A stretch of DNA of 64,000 nt from Pyrodictiaceae archaeon (GTDB lineage: Archaea > Thermoproteota > Thermoprotei_A > Sulfolobales > Pyrodictiaceae), in contig JALVSY010000030.1 in the NCBI GenBank assembly GCA_027036135.1, positions 128,001 to 192,000 on the forward strand, given 5' to 3'. Positions 32,167 to 43,251 of the stretch are shown here, in pieces. Under the pieces are notes generated by a model. That model saw nothing but the letters and a program-made list of their open reading frames with translations. It searched no databases and was not told the DNA's origin. A program made the translations under genes and the position numbers. Within the stretch, counting starts at the first letter, position 1; the number at the start of each line of letters is the position of its first letter.

Positions 32167-32568
32167 CTATGATTTCCTCATAAGTGTTTGTTCAAGGGAT
32201 GCTATTCTCTCACATATATTGATGACATTCTTTACTAGGTCTGGCGGTGTCTGGTAGAGATAGGCTCGTCCGCCTCGCCTTAGTGGATAGGGCCTTCTAA
32301 TCACTAGTGAACGGGCATATAGACTTCTTAGTGCTCTTCTTACTACTTCTGGATTACGGCCTAGGGCAGAGGCAATATCTTTTGCTATGCCTCCGCGCTC
32401 ATGAGATATGAGATAAGCCAGTACTTGTGCTTCTTCCTCGCTTAGCGAGAACACGCACTTCAGTACGCATCTTAGTCTCTGCGGATTAAATTCATATGGA
32501 ATTTGTCGCTGAAATGTTACTCTTCTATAAAATGTATCCGAGAATAAACCAGAATCCACTAAAGGCAC
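32167..32568 (-). CDS. TrmB-like HTH transcriptional regulator
   Basis: LKCVFSLSEEEAQVL, DIASALGR, GGRAYLY. Confidence 0.7.
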   Translation of the reverse strand: MPLVDSGLFSDTFYRRVTFQRQIPYEFNPQRLRCVLKCVFSLSEEEAQVLAYLISHERGGIAKDIASALGRNPEVVRRALRSLYARSLVIRRPYPLRRGGRAYLYQTPPDLVKNVINICERIASLEQTLMRKS

Positions 32569-32715
32569 CTCCAGTAAAGGGCTCCATATTTTATACTCCT
32601 CATTGTTTCCTAAAAACGGTAACGTGGGCTAAATATTAGAGAGTAGTACCTTATAGTGATTTGTCTAAGCAGTTAGGAAAAGTTCAGCAAAAGAGGATTA
32701 ATTAACACATTTTTG

Positions 32716-34404
32716 TTATATGCTTGTTAATCTTTTCACAACGAACTCTTTGTCTAGTAGTGCAAGCAAGGGAGCTGCCCTTGGCCCACTGTCTCTCCCT
32801 ATGAAGACCTTGTAGAAGTACTTATAGAACTCTTTGCGCTCCTTGTTGCTCCAATCCCTAGTATACTCTATAAGTGCTAATTTTATGCTATCCTCGCTCC
32901 ATTCGCTGAGTGATTCTAGGATTTTCCCCAATTCTCTCAACTTATCCCTATACTCTGTCGGTATCGAGGACAGCATCTCATCACTTATCTCCTCGAGGAT
33001 TTTTATGCGCATATAGCTTGGAGCATATAGCTGCGCCCATCTCTTGGCCCTAGGTAGGAGTGTCATAAGGCGCTGAATATCGAAGCTTGTCGGGTTTTCT
33101 GGCATGTGCCCGCTTCTCTTGAGCCTTTTTAGCGCTTCCTCGCGCCACATACTCTCTGGAAGTATCTGAGCTAAGATAGCTACGTGGCTATAAGGTGGCT
33201 GCGCAGGCATCTTCTCCGGTGGATTGCCACGAATGTAGCTTAGTTCATAACTCCTTTTCATCAATAAGTCTTCTTCGTCTTTCCCGCTTGACTCTACTCC
33301 GTAGTATATTCGCTCCGCTTTGTAATAGAGATTATAGTAGTTCGATACCTCGTGAAGACCTAGGCTTATTTTTCTCATGGGTGGTACTCGGAGGAAGAGG
33401 AAGCGCAAGATCTCGGGATGAGCTACCTCAAGCCATTCTCGCGGAGTAAATCCTACGAAGTCACTACTACTCATATCGGCCTCGCTGCCATCCGGTCTTC
33501 GCAGTGCAACCCATTCATAGGGTATCCCTTCGGGCGGAGCGACTCCAAAAAGCCCCGCTATTTCGTTAGCGCTATCTCTGCTACCACCAGGTGTTGCATG
33601 GTCTTTTCCATAAGGCTCAAAATCGACTCCTAAGGCCCACCAAACGCCAACCCATTCTATTCTCCAGTTAAGCTTGCCCTCCTCTATCGATGCCCAGTCC
33701 TCGTTACCGCAGTTCCTGCACTTATAGCGCACATTTTCATAATCATCGTCTACCTCGAGTGCCTCGGTTGAATCTATTCTACCACAACGCGAGCATACGG
33801 GCTCAAAGGGAATCCATCCCTCAGGGTAGGGTTTACGCCCTCTATACTTATTCACTACTTTACGGACCTCATCGCGTCGCCTAAGAACGTCTTTGACGAA
33901 TTTTCTTAGTTTTCCCCGATACATATCCGTCGTGGAGACAACCTCTACTTGTCCATCAGTGAACTCGTGCAAGTACGGGCCAAAGTCTAGCCAAAATCTC
34001 TCAACCCAGCTGCTTAATTCACCAAGTGGATCCGGTACACGTATTAGAGGCCACCCTATGTACTTCTTAGCCTTCTCCGGATCCTTGAACGCCTTTAGCT
34101 GACTTTCCTTACCCTTCCAGGCGTCTTGTGTATAGAGTGTCAAGTATTGTTTTATCCTTAGACCTCTCTCAGCAAGTATTCTACGCAGAACCTCGGGTAT
34201 AATCACCTCTCCTCTAAGTCTACCAACATGTTGAAGACCCGATACCGATAATCCTCCATTGAATACAAGGACTTCTTTGCTACGCTTTCTCAGCCTTTGT
34301 TCAAGCCAGTCAGCAAGAGCATCTATCCAGTGTTTTATGCCATCGCTTGTTCTTATAACTGGTTCTCTGAGAAATCTCTCTCTGCGGATCTCAGCCACGC
34401 TCAA
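32716..34404 (-). CDS. lysS: Lysyl-tRNA synthetase, class I
   Basis: SVSGLQHVG, GKLNWRIEW, EPYGKDH, DMSSS, GPRAA. Confidence 0.95.
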   Translation of the reverse strand: MSVAEIRRERFLREPVIRTSDGIKHWIDALADWLEQRLRKRSKEVLVFNGGLSVSGLQHVGRLRGEVIIPEVLRRILAERGLRIKQYLTLYTQDAWKGKESQLKAFKDPEKAKKYIGWPLIRVPDPLGELSSWVERFWLDFGPYLHEFTDGQVEVVSTTDMYRGKLRKFVKDVLRRRDEVRKVVNKYRGRKPYPEGWIPFEPVCSRCGRIDSTEALEVDDDYENVRYKCRNCGNEDWASIEEGKLNWRIEWVGVWWALGVDFEPYGKDHATPGGSRDSANEIAGLFGVAPPEGIPYEWVALRRPDGSEADMSSSDFVGFTPREWLEVAHPEILRFLFLRVPPMRKISLGLHEVSNYYNLYYKAERIYYGVESSGKDEEDLLMKRSYELSYIRGNPPEKMPAQPPYSHVAILAQILPESMWREEALKRLKRSGHMPENPTSFDIQRLMTLLPRAKRWAQLYAPSYMRIKILEEISDEMLSSIPTEYRDKLRELGKILESLSEWSEDSIKLALIEYTRDWSNKERKEFYKYFYKVFIGRDSGPRAAPLLALLDKEFVVKRLTSI

Positions 34405-34569
34405 CGCTAAGTCGCACCTACTTATAAGCCTCTATGTCTAGCCGAAAAAGCTGGTTCTAGAGCACCATTATTTAAGGATTTAATACGCATCTCTAACATT
34501 GCTAGTGGAAACAATGACCAGAAAGAATGGCAAAATATGGGTACTGATAAGAGTAAAACACGTTAATTG

Positions 34570-35499
34570 TTATTGCGCTGGTAGAGGAATGTTTAACTTC
34601 TGTACTAGCTCCTTATATCGATTCCTAACTGTTACCTCGGTTACGCCTGCCGCTGCTGCGATCTCCTTCTGCGTTCGGCGCTCTCCAAGCTCTAGTGCAG
34701 CAATGTATATAGCTGCCGCCGCGAGCCCGGCTGGGTCCTTTCCAGCTGTAAGGCCTAAGCGGCGAGCCTGGATTAGTATCTCTGCAGCTCTTCGCTCAAC
34801 CGCGGGGCTGAGCCGGAGAGCCGAAACTATTCTAGATACATACCTAACAGGATCAACTATAGGCATACGGAGTTTTAGCTCACGCACTATTAGCCTATAG
34901 CAACGAGCAACCTCTTTTCTTCCACCCTTAACAAGCTCTGCTATATCATCTATGCTCCTCGGTATACCACGTATTCTGCAAGCAGCATACACGGCTGCCG
35001 CAGCCATTGACTCCAAGCTGCGGCCGCGAACAAGACCCTTTTCTGCAGCTTGCCTATAGATCATCATTGCTGTATCAATAATGCTGCGTGGAAGATTAAG
35101 TGCATCAACAAACCTTGTTATCTCGCGCACTGCTTGCTCTATGTTCTTCTCAATACTTGTAGCTGCCCTGAGCTTGGCTTGGAGCCTGCGAAGACGACTT
35201 GCCTCAAGCCTTACACGAGCTTCAAGCTTACGACCGGATGCGTCACGATAGCTCGAGATGGTTGTTAATAGACCGTAGTCAGGTAATGTGTGAGTAAGTG
35301 GACTACCTACTCTGCTTCTCCGTGTCTTCTCTTCGGGAGTGTATGCACGCCACTCGGGGCCACTATCTATTACCTTCTCCTCTACTACTTCGCCTGTAAG
35401 TGTACATATATATTCTCCTCTTTCCTCATCAAATACTATGTACTCTGGTGGACACTCGCTTTGTCCGTGCTTTTCCTCGTTGAGAACCTCCTCTTCCAT
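34570..35499 (-). CDS. tfb: Transcription initiation factor IIB (TFB)
   Basis: IDSGPEWRAY B-reader, two cyclin folds, GVTEVTVRNRYKEL. Confidence 0.96.
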   Translation of the reverse strand: MEEEVLNEEKHGQSECPPEYIVFDEERGEYICTLTGEVVEEKVIDSGPEWRAYTPEEKTRRSRVGSPLTHTLPDYGLLTTISSYRDASGRKLEARVRLEASRLRRLQAKLRAATSIEKNIEQAVREITRFVDALNLPRSIIDTAMMIYRQAAEKGLVRGRSLESMAAAAVYAACRIRGIPRSIDDIAELVKGGRKEVARCYRLIVRELKLRMPIVDPVRYVSRIVSALRLSPAVERRAAEILIQARRLGLTAGKDPAGLAAAAIYIAALELGERRTQKEIAAAAGVTEVTVRNRYKELVQKLNIPLPAQ

Positions 35500-35672
35500 G
35501 CATATTACCCCTCACAGAGAAGCGAAACCCTTAAAGCCCGTAACATCCTATTCTCAAAGAATGGTATTATATACTTTTCCCTCAATAGAAAACGATAGAG
35601 CTGCACCGATTACACGAGTAACAATTATTACAAAAACAAGAATAATATTCAGAAAATAAGCAGAACTATTCC

Positions 35673-35984
35673 TTATTCAACTATTATTATATTTTCTTCA
35701 GGAAAGCCCATCTCTATTAGTATCTGCTTTACTCGATGACGGTGATCACCTTGCAGCTCTATATGCCCATTCTTATATGTCCCGCCCGTTGCTAGCCGGG
35801 ATTTCAGCTCCGATGCAAGTTTTTTCAAATCTATCTCTTTCTCGTCCAAGCCCTCTATTATTGTTACCTCTCGGCGATGCTTTCTTCGTTCAAGTCTTAT
35901 CTTTATAACTTGTTGCTCGCGTGCAAGTTGCTCACAAAGCTCTGGTGGAAGACCGCCACAGAGTGATGAGAGTTCTCCGCTCAT
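35673..35984 (-). CDS. sui1: Translation initiation factor SUI1 (aIF-1)
   Basis: [33 protein letters not shown]; start moved to ATG 35984. Confidence 0.92.
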   Translation of the reverse strand: MSGELSSLCGGLPPELCEQLAREQQVIKIRLERRKHRREVTIIEGLDEKEIDLKKLASELKSRLATGGTYKNGHIELQGDHRHRVKQILIEMGFPEENIIIVE

Positions 35985-36096
35985 AGGGTATGCATCCCTT
36001 ATCAAAGCTCTTATTCTCTTCGCTCCGCGCTCTGATTCGCCGAGAGTATTCTTATAAGGGTTTCGCGCAAGTATGCTGTCTGCGGGAGAGACTAGC

Positions 36097-36300
36097 ATGG
36101 AGTTATACGAGCCACGCGAAGGCGAGGAATTTGAGACTATTAAGGATAAAGGCTTGATCAGATATCGTTGTGGAAGATGCGGAATGGAGTTCACGGCCTT
36201 AGACCTGGAATATATGCCTAGTATTAAGTGTCCGTATTGCGGCTATCGTGTTGTCTACAAGGTCCGCCCTCCGGGCAGGAAACTAATAAAAGCCATATGA
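36097..36300 (+). CDS. rpoP: RNA polymerase subunit P (Rpo12)
   Basis: YRCGRCG...[17 protein letters not shown] zinc ribbon. Confidence 0.9.
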   Translation: MELYEPREGEEFETIKDKGLIRYRCGRCGMEFTALDLEYMPSIKCPYCGYRVVYKVRPPGRKLIKAI

Positions 36301-36368
36301 CAATACACAGTATTGATTACATAAGACCAATTCCTACGTTAAACACATCAATCACAGCAATGCTATTA

Positions 36369-37295
36369 TTATCTCCCTACCATCGCTGTTTTTAGCGCTA
36401 TTAGCTCTACCGCTGTTTTCGCAGCTAGTATAGATGTTATCCCACTACAGTCATGAGGTGGTGATACCTCTACTATATCCGCCGCCGATATATCTGTCCC
36501 AGACTCTAATATCACTTTATACAAGATGTCATAGAGCTGCCATGGTGCCAGGCCTTCAGGCTCGGGGTTACCAACCCCCGGCGCATAAGCCGGGTCAAAT
36601 ACGTCCATGTCAATGGATACATATAGGCTGTTACAGTTATTTCTATCAAGCCAGCGATGTGCCTTATTAATCACTCCTCTTACTCCAAGAAGCCTTATAT
36701 CTATCGGTGTAACGTATTCTACTCCCTTGCGCCTAGCATACTCAAGTTCTTCCCTACTAAACGCTCTAACACCAATCACCATTACGTTGCTAGGCCCGTA
36801 CTTCTCCACTATTCTCCTTAGCACACATGCATGACTATATGGGTCCTCCATATACTGGTCTCTGAGGTCAAAGTGGGCATCGAAAACTAGGAGACAAGTA
36901 CTATTATTAATTCTTTTACTAGCTGCATATGTAGCTATAGTTATTGTATGTTCTCCCCCTAAGGATAAGAGGAGCTTATCCTTATGCGAATCCATGGTCT
37001 CGTATACTACTTCCTCTATCCTCCGGAGTGCGTCCTGGGGATTAATGGGTAGCACTATATCTCCTAGATCACTTACACCATATTCATCAACGTCGCGTGA
37101 TGCGCGTAGCGAGTAGAACTCTATATTAGCTGCTGCCACGCGGATAGCCTGAGGCCCAAACCTTGATCCTGGGCGATAGCTTGAAGTAAAATCGTAGGGT
37201 ATACCAACTATAAGGGCCACCGCTTTCGAAGGTGGTACCTCTACTCCGCCAAAGACCATAGTGGCACGGCTAAGGTATAGGTCTGCGATGCCCAT
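36369..37295 (-). CDS. speB: Agmatinase / ureohydrolase
   Basis: PGSRFGP, GGEHTIT, DAHFD, SHAC, SIDMDVFDP.YAPGVGNPE. Confidence 0.9.
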   Translation of the reverse strand: MGIADLYLSRATMVFGGVEVPPSKAVALIVGIPYDFTSSYRPGSRFGPQAIRVAAANIEFYSLRASRDVDEYGVSDLGDIVLPINPQDALRRIEEVVYETMDSHKDKLLLSLGGEHTITIATYAASKRINNSTCLLVFDAHFDLRDQYMEDPYSHACVLRRIVEKYGPSNVMVIGVRAFSREELEYARRKGVEYVTPIDIRLLGVRGVINKAHRWLDRNNCNSLYVSIDMDVFDPAYAPGVGNPEPEGLAPWQLYDILYKVILESGTDISAADIVEVSPPHDCSGITSILAAKTAVELIALKTAMVGR

Positions 37296-37377
37296 TTCTC
37301 CGCACCTTGTAGAGTAGAATAGCCTAAAAGGTAGTATTATAGGCCCCTCGTACCTAGGGCTTGGCGGGGTAGATTCT

Positions 37378-39132
37378 ATGCAAGAAGATAAGCACGAGGC
37401 AATCATGGAGCTTGCAAAGAGGAGAGGCTTCTTCTGGCAAAGTTACGAAATCTACGGAGGGGTTGCAGGCTTCTATGATCTAGGCCCTCTCGGTGTTAGG
37501 CTTAAAGAAAAGATAATTTCCCTATGGCGCGAATTCTTTGTGAAGAAACATGCACACATAGTTGTGGAGATAGAGACACCTATTATAGCTCCAGCAAGAG
37601 TATTCGAGGCAAGCGGCCACCTAGAACACTTCACTGACCCTATCGTTGAGTGCCTCAAGTGCGGGAGGAAGTTCAGAGCTGATCACTTAATCGAGGAGAA
37701 ACTAGGGATCAAGGCCGAGGGCCTCAGTATAGAAGAGATGACAAAAATTATTCGTGAACATGATCTTCGCTGTCCTGTTTGTGGTGGTCCTCTTAGTGAC
37801 GTAAAACTCTTTAACCTACTATTTAAGACGACAATAGGTCCCTATAGCTCCAATACGGGGTATCTTAGGCCGGAAACCGCGCAAGGCATGTTTGTGTCAT
37901 TTAAGAGAGTCTACGAGGTTTCGAGAAAGAGGCTGCCCCTCGGAATAGCACAAATAGGGCGCGTTGCGAGAAACGAAATCTCGCCGAGACAGGGAATGCT
38001 CCGCTTAAGAGAGTTCACTATAGCGGAGATAGAGTTCTTCTTTGACCCCGAAGAGCCAGTAAGCGATGACATGTTCCGTGAGCTTCTCGACCAGTTACCG
38101 AGGAGAAAGATACGTATATTGACAGTTGAGGCTAAGAAGAAGGGCGAGGAGAAGCCCTTCGAGATTAACATAGAGGAGGCTATCCGGGAGAAGCTTATTC
38201 TTACACCATGGCTAGGATATTGGATGACTGTAGCACAGGAATATATGCATGCTCTAGGCATAGGTTATGACGAGATGTATTTTGATGAGAAAGCCCCGGA
38301 GGAGCGAGCCCACTATTCTGCTCAGACATTTGACCAACTTGTACGCGTCAGCAGATATGGCTGGATAGAGGTATCGGGACACTCATATAGGACGGACTAC
38401 GACCTCAGTCGGCATATGAGGTATAGCGGCGAAGATCTCAGAGTGTTCAAGCAGTACAAAGAGCCCCTCGTGGTCAAGAAGAAGCACTTACTATGGGATA
38501 AGGCCTGGATAGGGAGAACATATAGGTCAAGGGCTAGAGAAATCTTCGAGGCCTTATCGAGAATGAATCCTGAGGAGGTGCTTAAACAATTAGAGGAAAA
38601 AGGCTACTTGGAAATTGCTGGCGCGAAAATACCAAAGGATAAGATAAAGATCGTAGAGAAAGAGGAAAAGATTACTGGCAAGAGATTTATACCTCATGTA
38701 GCCGAGCCCTCCTTCGGCGTTGAAAGAATCCTATATGCTGTACTTGATCACGCATACACAGTAAAGGATGAGAGAGTTGTATTAAAGCTGCCTAGGCTAG
38801 TTGCACCCATCGATGTCGCCGTATTCCCCTTGGTCAAGGATGAGAACATTATACAAGTTGCTAGAAAGATATGGCTCAGCCTAATGAATAACGGGTTCTA
38901 CACAATCTATGACGAAGAAGACAGTATTGGGCGTAGATATGCACGCGTAGACGAAATCGGTGTACCTGCGGCAATAACTGTTGATTATCAATCGCTCGAA
39001 GACAACACGGTGACTTTACGAGATAGAGATACTTGGGAGCAAGTACGTATACGCATTAACAACGTGGTTGACGCTGTAAGGGACTTCCTAAGAGGAGCAA
39101 GCCTGGACGATATCAAGCATAAGTACGGTTAA
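37378..39132 (+). CDS. glyS: Glycyl-tRNA synthetase (alpha2 type)
   Basis: YLRPETAQG, RNEISPRQG, EPSFGVER, IGRRYARVDEIG. Confidence 0.96.
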   Translation: MQEDKHEAIMELAKRRGFFWQSYEIYGGVAGFYDLGPLGVRLKEKIISLWREFFVKKHAHIVVEIETPIIAPARVFEASGHLEHFTDPIVECLKCGRKFRADHLIEEKLGIKAEGLSIEEMTKIIREHDLRCPVCGGPLSDVKLFNLLFKTTIGPYSSNTGYLRPETAQGMFVSFKRVYEVSRKRLPLGIAQIGRVARNEISPRQGMLRLREFTIAEIEFFFDPEEPVSDDMFRELLDQLPRRKIRILTVEAKKKGEEKPFEINIEEAIREKLILTPWLGYWMTVAQEYMHALGIGYDEMYFDEKAPEERAHYSAQTFDQLVRVSRYGWIEVSGHSYRTDYDLSRHMRYSGEDLRVFKQYKEPLVVKKKHLLWDKAWIGRTYRSRAREIFEALSRMNPEEVLKQLEEKGYLEIAGAKIPKDKIKIVEKEEKITGKRFIPHVAEPSFGVERILYAVLDHAYTVKDERVVLKLPRLVAPIDVAVFPLVKDENIIQVARKIWLSLMNNGFYTIYDEEDSIGRRYARVDEIGVPAAITVDYQSLEDNTVTLRDRDTWEQVRIRINNVVDAVRDFLRGASLDDIKHKYG

Positions 39133-39222
39133 GCGTCAAGGCCGTTAAGATAAATACCACCCTTACCTCCTTATCTCTTCTTGGACTCATCCTCGTGTAG
39201 GCCATGTGAGGGGCAAGACGCA

Positions 39223-39609
39223 ATGGTTCCCCCAGAGAAGAAGCAACAAAATGAAGAGGAGCTCCCTAAGAGGAAAATTGATGTCAGAACAGCGTTATCG
39301 CTAATACCACCAGCTACTCAGCTCTTTGGCCAACAGAAGAAGCCCAGAGAGCGCAGGATTAGGCTTCGATTCCATAATGAGCTTAAAGAGGGCATTGCTA
39401 AAGTTAACCCAGATTTGCTGAAAGAGATAGGGGAAGGAGAATACATTGAAATAGTTGTAGCTGGTAGGCACCGATTCCAGTACAAAGTAGAAGTGGATGA
39501 AAACGTACCAGTTAACGAGGTATGGGTTAATGGAGCGAATCTACCAGAGTACGGTATAGCTGATAACTCCATAGCAACCGTTCGCGTCATAAAGAAGCAA
39601 GAAGCCTAG
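39223..39609 (+). CDS. Conserved hypothetical protein
   Basis: Coding-like ORF with a beta-rich C-terminal domain; start moved to ATG 39223. Confidence 0.6.
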   Translation: MVPPEKKQQNEEELPKRKIDVRTALSLIPPATQLFGQQKKPRERRIRLRFHNELKEGIAKVNPDLLKEIGEGEYIEIVVAGRHRFQYKVEVDENVPVNEVWVNGANLPEYGIADNSIATVRVIKKQEA

Positions 39610-39746
39610 GACCAAGCAGAGTGAATTAAGAAATACGCTGATATTCTGAACCTATGTCCTTTATTTAATACTTGTCCTCCTAGCGCAGAAATAATGCTAA
39701 ATGTAATAAGAGGCTCGCGCACTTTCCTCCGCGGTAGGGAGTCAAC

Positions 39747-40181
39747 ATGGCACAAGCTGATCCATATAAATTGTTAAGAACACTAGAGGATGTCACCGAT
39801 CTACATGCCAGGACAGTGAGAAAACTTAACAAGGTACTCAATAAACTAAGAAAAGATATAGAGGATCAAGAGCTGCAAATGCTTGCACTTAATTATATAC
39901 GTAGACTTAGAGTGCTGAGAAACAGGCTCGAGAAATCCCTTGGAGGCGAAGTAGATCTTGATAATGTTGAAGAAGAGGTTAGGTACAATATAGCTACACT
40001 GAGCGAGTACATGGTAATAGTCGGCACTGTGTACGAAAAGGAGCTTCTCAAAAAGGCGCTGTATCTTGCTAGGAAGGGGGCGCAACTATTAACCGAGAAT
40101 GTGGCATTAATGAAGGAAGACCTGGACAACATCGAGAGGCTTGTTGAGAAGCTTCAGAGAATAGTTGATAGGTATTACTAG
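39747..40181 (+). CDS. Hypothetical helical/coiled-coil protein
   Basis: Heptad-rich 144-aa ORF with RBS. Confidence 0.6.
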   Translation: MAQADPYKLLRTLEDVTDLHARTVRKLNKVLNKLRKDIEDQELQMLALNYIRRLRVLRNRLEKSLGGEVDLDNVEEEVRYNIATLSEYMVIVGTVYEKELLKKALYLARKGAQLLTENVALMKEDLDNIERLVEKLQRIVDRYY

Positions 40182-40192
40182 TATCCTAGTTG

Positions 40193-41764
40193 TTATTTAC
40201 ACTTAACTGTTCGTATCGGTATGGCCTCTATTACTCTATCGTTGAGTACACTTGTTATTCTTGCATCAACAATGCAGCGTTCTCTGAGGAACCCGCTTGG
40301 CTCCACTATTGTTACTGGCCCATGTGCAAGCGGATAAGCTATATATCCCTTATATCGTTTTGAATAATTAACTATAATGAGTCTTATTATCTGGCCTATG
40401 AGTTTCTTCTTCGATCTTCTGTTTAACTCTATTGCCTTAGCCTTTATCGGATGAACTTTATAGCTGCATGGCAAGATATCCGGGCTTATTTTCTCTAGGT
40501 AGGAGCCCGGTAAGGGGGTGAAGCGATATGCTGTTATTTTCTCTGCTCCGAGATTGTATAGTCGCTCCATGTATCTTAGGGTAAGCTTTATGGTCCTATC
40601 TGTTTCTCCTGGTAAACAATACATTATGTACACGTAAGGTCTTAGACCATGTTGTTTTAGAAGCTTAACTGCCCGGATTACCTCGCTGGTCGTTGCTGGT
40701 CGTGCTAAGGCTCGTAGAAGATTGTCATCGCCTACTTCAGCTCCTAGGTGAACCGGTGTACCCTTTAGATACCTTCCCAGGATGCTTGCGATCTCCTCGT
40801 TGACTAGATTGGGCTTTACATTCTCTATCATTATCTTCGCTTCTCCCGAGGAAACTTCGGGTATCGAGGTAAGCCGGGCTAATAGCGCCTTAATTGCCTC
40901 CTTGTTAGCAGGAGGCTCTCGCGGATTAGTGAGGGGCCTTGGCTCAACTAGCCAGTCTCTCCCATAGTCTAGGAAATCAGGGCCACTAAGCACGATACGT
41001 CTCACGCCTTTGTCTATTAACTGCTTCACCTCCTCGTAGACAAGCTCTATTGATCTACTTCTAGCATAGCCCCATAGATGAATTACACTACAGTATGCGC
41101 ATCCTGGGCGCGGCTTGCTGGGCAGAGAGCCTCTTGGCAAGATGTTTTCTAAGTGTGGGAAGTTGTAGTTACTGCAACCCCTAACAACCTCTACATAGAC
41201 CCTTGCCGCCCAGTATAGGGGATAACCTGTAATCACCCTTGTACTTGGCTTATAACGTTCCCATTCACGTCTAGGCATTATTGGGCATCGGGGATTTATC
41301 TCTACCTTGTCTCCGTGCCTATAAATTACTCCACATATTTCCCTTAGGTCATCTATATTGATCACTCCTTTGTCGATGTCTATTAGGCTAAATAGTTTCT
41401 CTAAAACGGGTTCGGATTCTCCATGTATGGCTAAGTCTGCGTCTACACGTGCTAAGGCCTCTGGGTCCGAGGTTATGGGTCCTCCCAGTATAACGAGAGA
41501 TGAATCGTTTATCGCTCTCCATCTTTTAATGAGCCTCGCCACCGAGCCTTCGTCAACACTCATGGCACTAATCATTAGGATCTTATAATTTTTAAAGATT
41601 TGTACATTATTTATTACTCTATCTATTGTATAGAGTTCCACATCAAGGCCGAGATTTTCTAAAACACCCGCAACAGTTCGTGGACCTGCTCCAATAACGT
41701 CCACAGTGACTACTCTCTTACCAAGATTGCTAGATGCCAGCGCGTCAACAAGCAGTATACTCAT
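40193..41764 (-). CDS. Radical SAM protein with B12-binding-like N-terminus and TRAM-like C-terminus
   Basis: VILGGP, EVVRGC...GCAYC, RSRS.E.V.EEV, YCLPGET. Confidence 0.8.
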   Translation of the reverse strand: MSILLVDALASSNLGKRVVTVDVIGAGPRTVAGVLENLGLDVELYTIDRVINNVQIFKNYKILMISAMSVDEGSVARLIKRWRAINDSSLVILGGPITSDPEALARVDADLAIHGESEPVLEKLFSLIDIDKGVINIDDLREICGVIYRHGDKVEINPRCPIMPRREWERYKPSTRVITGYPLYWAARVYVEVVRGCSNYNFPHLENILPRGSLPSKPRPGCAYCSVIHLWGYARSRSIELVYEEVKQLIDKGVRRIVLSGPDFLDYGRDWLVEPRPLTNPREPPANKEAIKALLARLTSIPEVSSGEAKIMIENVKPNLVNEEIASILGRYLKGTPVHLGAEVGDDNLLRALARPATTSEVIRAVKLLKQHGLRPYVYIMYCLPGETDRTIKLTLRYMERLYNLGAEKITAYRFTPLPGSYLEKISPDILPCSYKVHPIKAKAIELNRRSKKKLIGQIIRLIIVNYSKRYKGYIAYPLAHGPVTIVEPSGFLRERCIVDARITSVLNDRVIEAIPIRTVKCK

Positions 41765-41863
41765 TAGCTCTGCCCCTTAACCCCTTTTTCCTCGTTGACT
41801 GCTTTACTACTAATACCTCTATATACCTCTATCATAGGAGGAATGTAGCACGGGAGAAGGCTG

Positions 41864-42562
41864 TTGGGCGAGTACTACGACTACGACCTTGAGCGAAGGA
41901 AGCAGAGATCGCTAGCAGAGGAGAATCTTAACGAGCAGTTATTGGGAATGATTAGGACTGTTAGGAAGCCAGTAACTATGGTTCATGACCTCGCTGCAAA
42001 AATGATAGAGGGAAATGACTCTGAGCTAAAACAATTGTATGACGAGATTAAAAATGCTAAGGAGAACATTGAGAATATGAAAGAAGATGTTCTTACCTAC
42101 TTAGCTAGACTGGGAAACATACTGTTTACAAGTAATCTCTATAGGGATCTCTTCCTAGGCATAACGAGGGCAGCTCAAATAGCCGAGGGAATTGCCTATA
42201 GAGTATACCTCTTAACTAGCAATACAGGTAGAATAAATAATGAATTAATTATGAGAAATCTCGCTGAAATGACTAACAAGATACGTAACGAGTACGCTAT
42301 ACTAGAGAATGCGGCTGAAGTACTAACTACAAATCCTGAGAAGAGTTATGAAATTACACAAAACGTTTCCAGCATAGAAGACGAGATAGACACCCTTTAT
42401 AGAAAGCTAGCATACATGTTATACCGTGAATTAAAACATGACCTAGTCACACTGATGCTTATGCGAGACATAGTAGATATGATAGAGGAGCTTGCTGATA
42501 CATTGCGAGATGTAGCCGAAGATATAAAGTTCCTTGCCCTCTTCCAGGCAGCAAAGGCTTAG
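41864..42562 (+). CDS. DUF47/PhoU-like phosphate transport regulator
   Basis: Duplicated helical bundle with IEDEIDTLYR and MIEELAD..D. Confidence 0.75.
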   Translation: MGEYYDYDLERRKQRSLAEENLNEQLLGMIRTVRKPVTMVHDLAAKMIEGNDSELKQLYDEIKNAKENIENMKEDVLTYLARLGNILFTSNLYRDLFLGITRAAQIAEGIAYRVYLLTSNTGRINNELIMRNLAEMTNKIRNEYAILENAAEVLTTNPEKSYEITQNVSSIEDEIDTLYRKLAYMLYRELKHDLVTLMLMRDIVDMIEELADTLRDVAEDIKFLALFQAAKA

Positions 42563-42690
42563 AGTACTTAAGTAACCCATTCTTTATGCACACTTCCTAT
42601 TATGCCTTGCCTAGTTGAATTTAGCTCCATAACATTCTCTGCATAAACCTCAACACATATGCACTTTGTTAGAGGCAAGGGTGCAGATGA

Positions 42691-43251
42691 GTGTCTAGTA
42701 AAAAACGTATACGTGGGAGATTACTGGGCCTTCGCGTAATAGTATTTAACCACGATGACGCGAGGAGGCTATACGGCATGGGTTATTACGGGAAACCTCT
42801 AGGAATCGCAAAGCCACGTGATACAAATTTTGAGGCTCCTCTTGAGCTAAGCCTTGTTGAGGCACTGTATCTGTTAGAGAAAGGTGTTCTCGAAATAGTT
42901 GACGAGCGTGATAATATCGTATCAGTAGAGTCTCTCTTTATGCGCGGCGAGAAATCTATTCCTAAATTTGGTCTAATATATAAGGTGTACAAGGAGCTAC
43001 GAGATAGAGGATATGTTGTACGCTCTGGTCTAAAATTCGGTGCTGATTTTGCAGTATACGAGAAGGGGCCGGGTTTGGAGCATGCGCCTTACCTGGTTCA
43101 TGTTCTGGAGACGTCTGATATAATTGATCCTTTAGAGATAGTTAGGGCTGGAAGGCTTAGTCATAGTGTTCGTAAGGCTTTTATCTTAGCACTAGTGGGT
43201 CCAGGCAAGTCTCCAACAAGGTACATTATCTTTAGGTGGAGTAAGCTCTAA
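42691..43251 (+). CDS. endA: tRNA-splicing endonuclease, catalytic subunit
   Basis: GYYGKP, LSLVEALYL, GLKFGADFAVY, PGLEHA, GRLSHSVRK (Tyr/His/Lys triad). Confidence 0.93.
   Translation: MSSKKRIRGRLLGLRVIVFNHDDARRLYGMGYYGKPLGIAKPRDTNFEAPLELSLVEALYLLEKGVLEIVDERDNIVSVESLFMRGEKSIPKFGLIYKVYKELRDRGYVVRSGLKFGADFAVYEKGPGLEHAPYLVHVLETSDIIDPLEIVRAGRLSHSVRKAFILALVGPGKSPTRYIIFRWSKL

Noticed and set aside
35390-35470. TFB zinc ribbon with only two Cys (CPPE...CTLT)
   Set aside because: Known feature of crenarchaeal TFB1
35985-36194. Extended SUI1 ORF overlapping rpoP
   Set aside because: The true start is ATG 35984; the extension spans the divergent promoter
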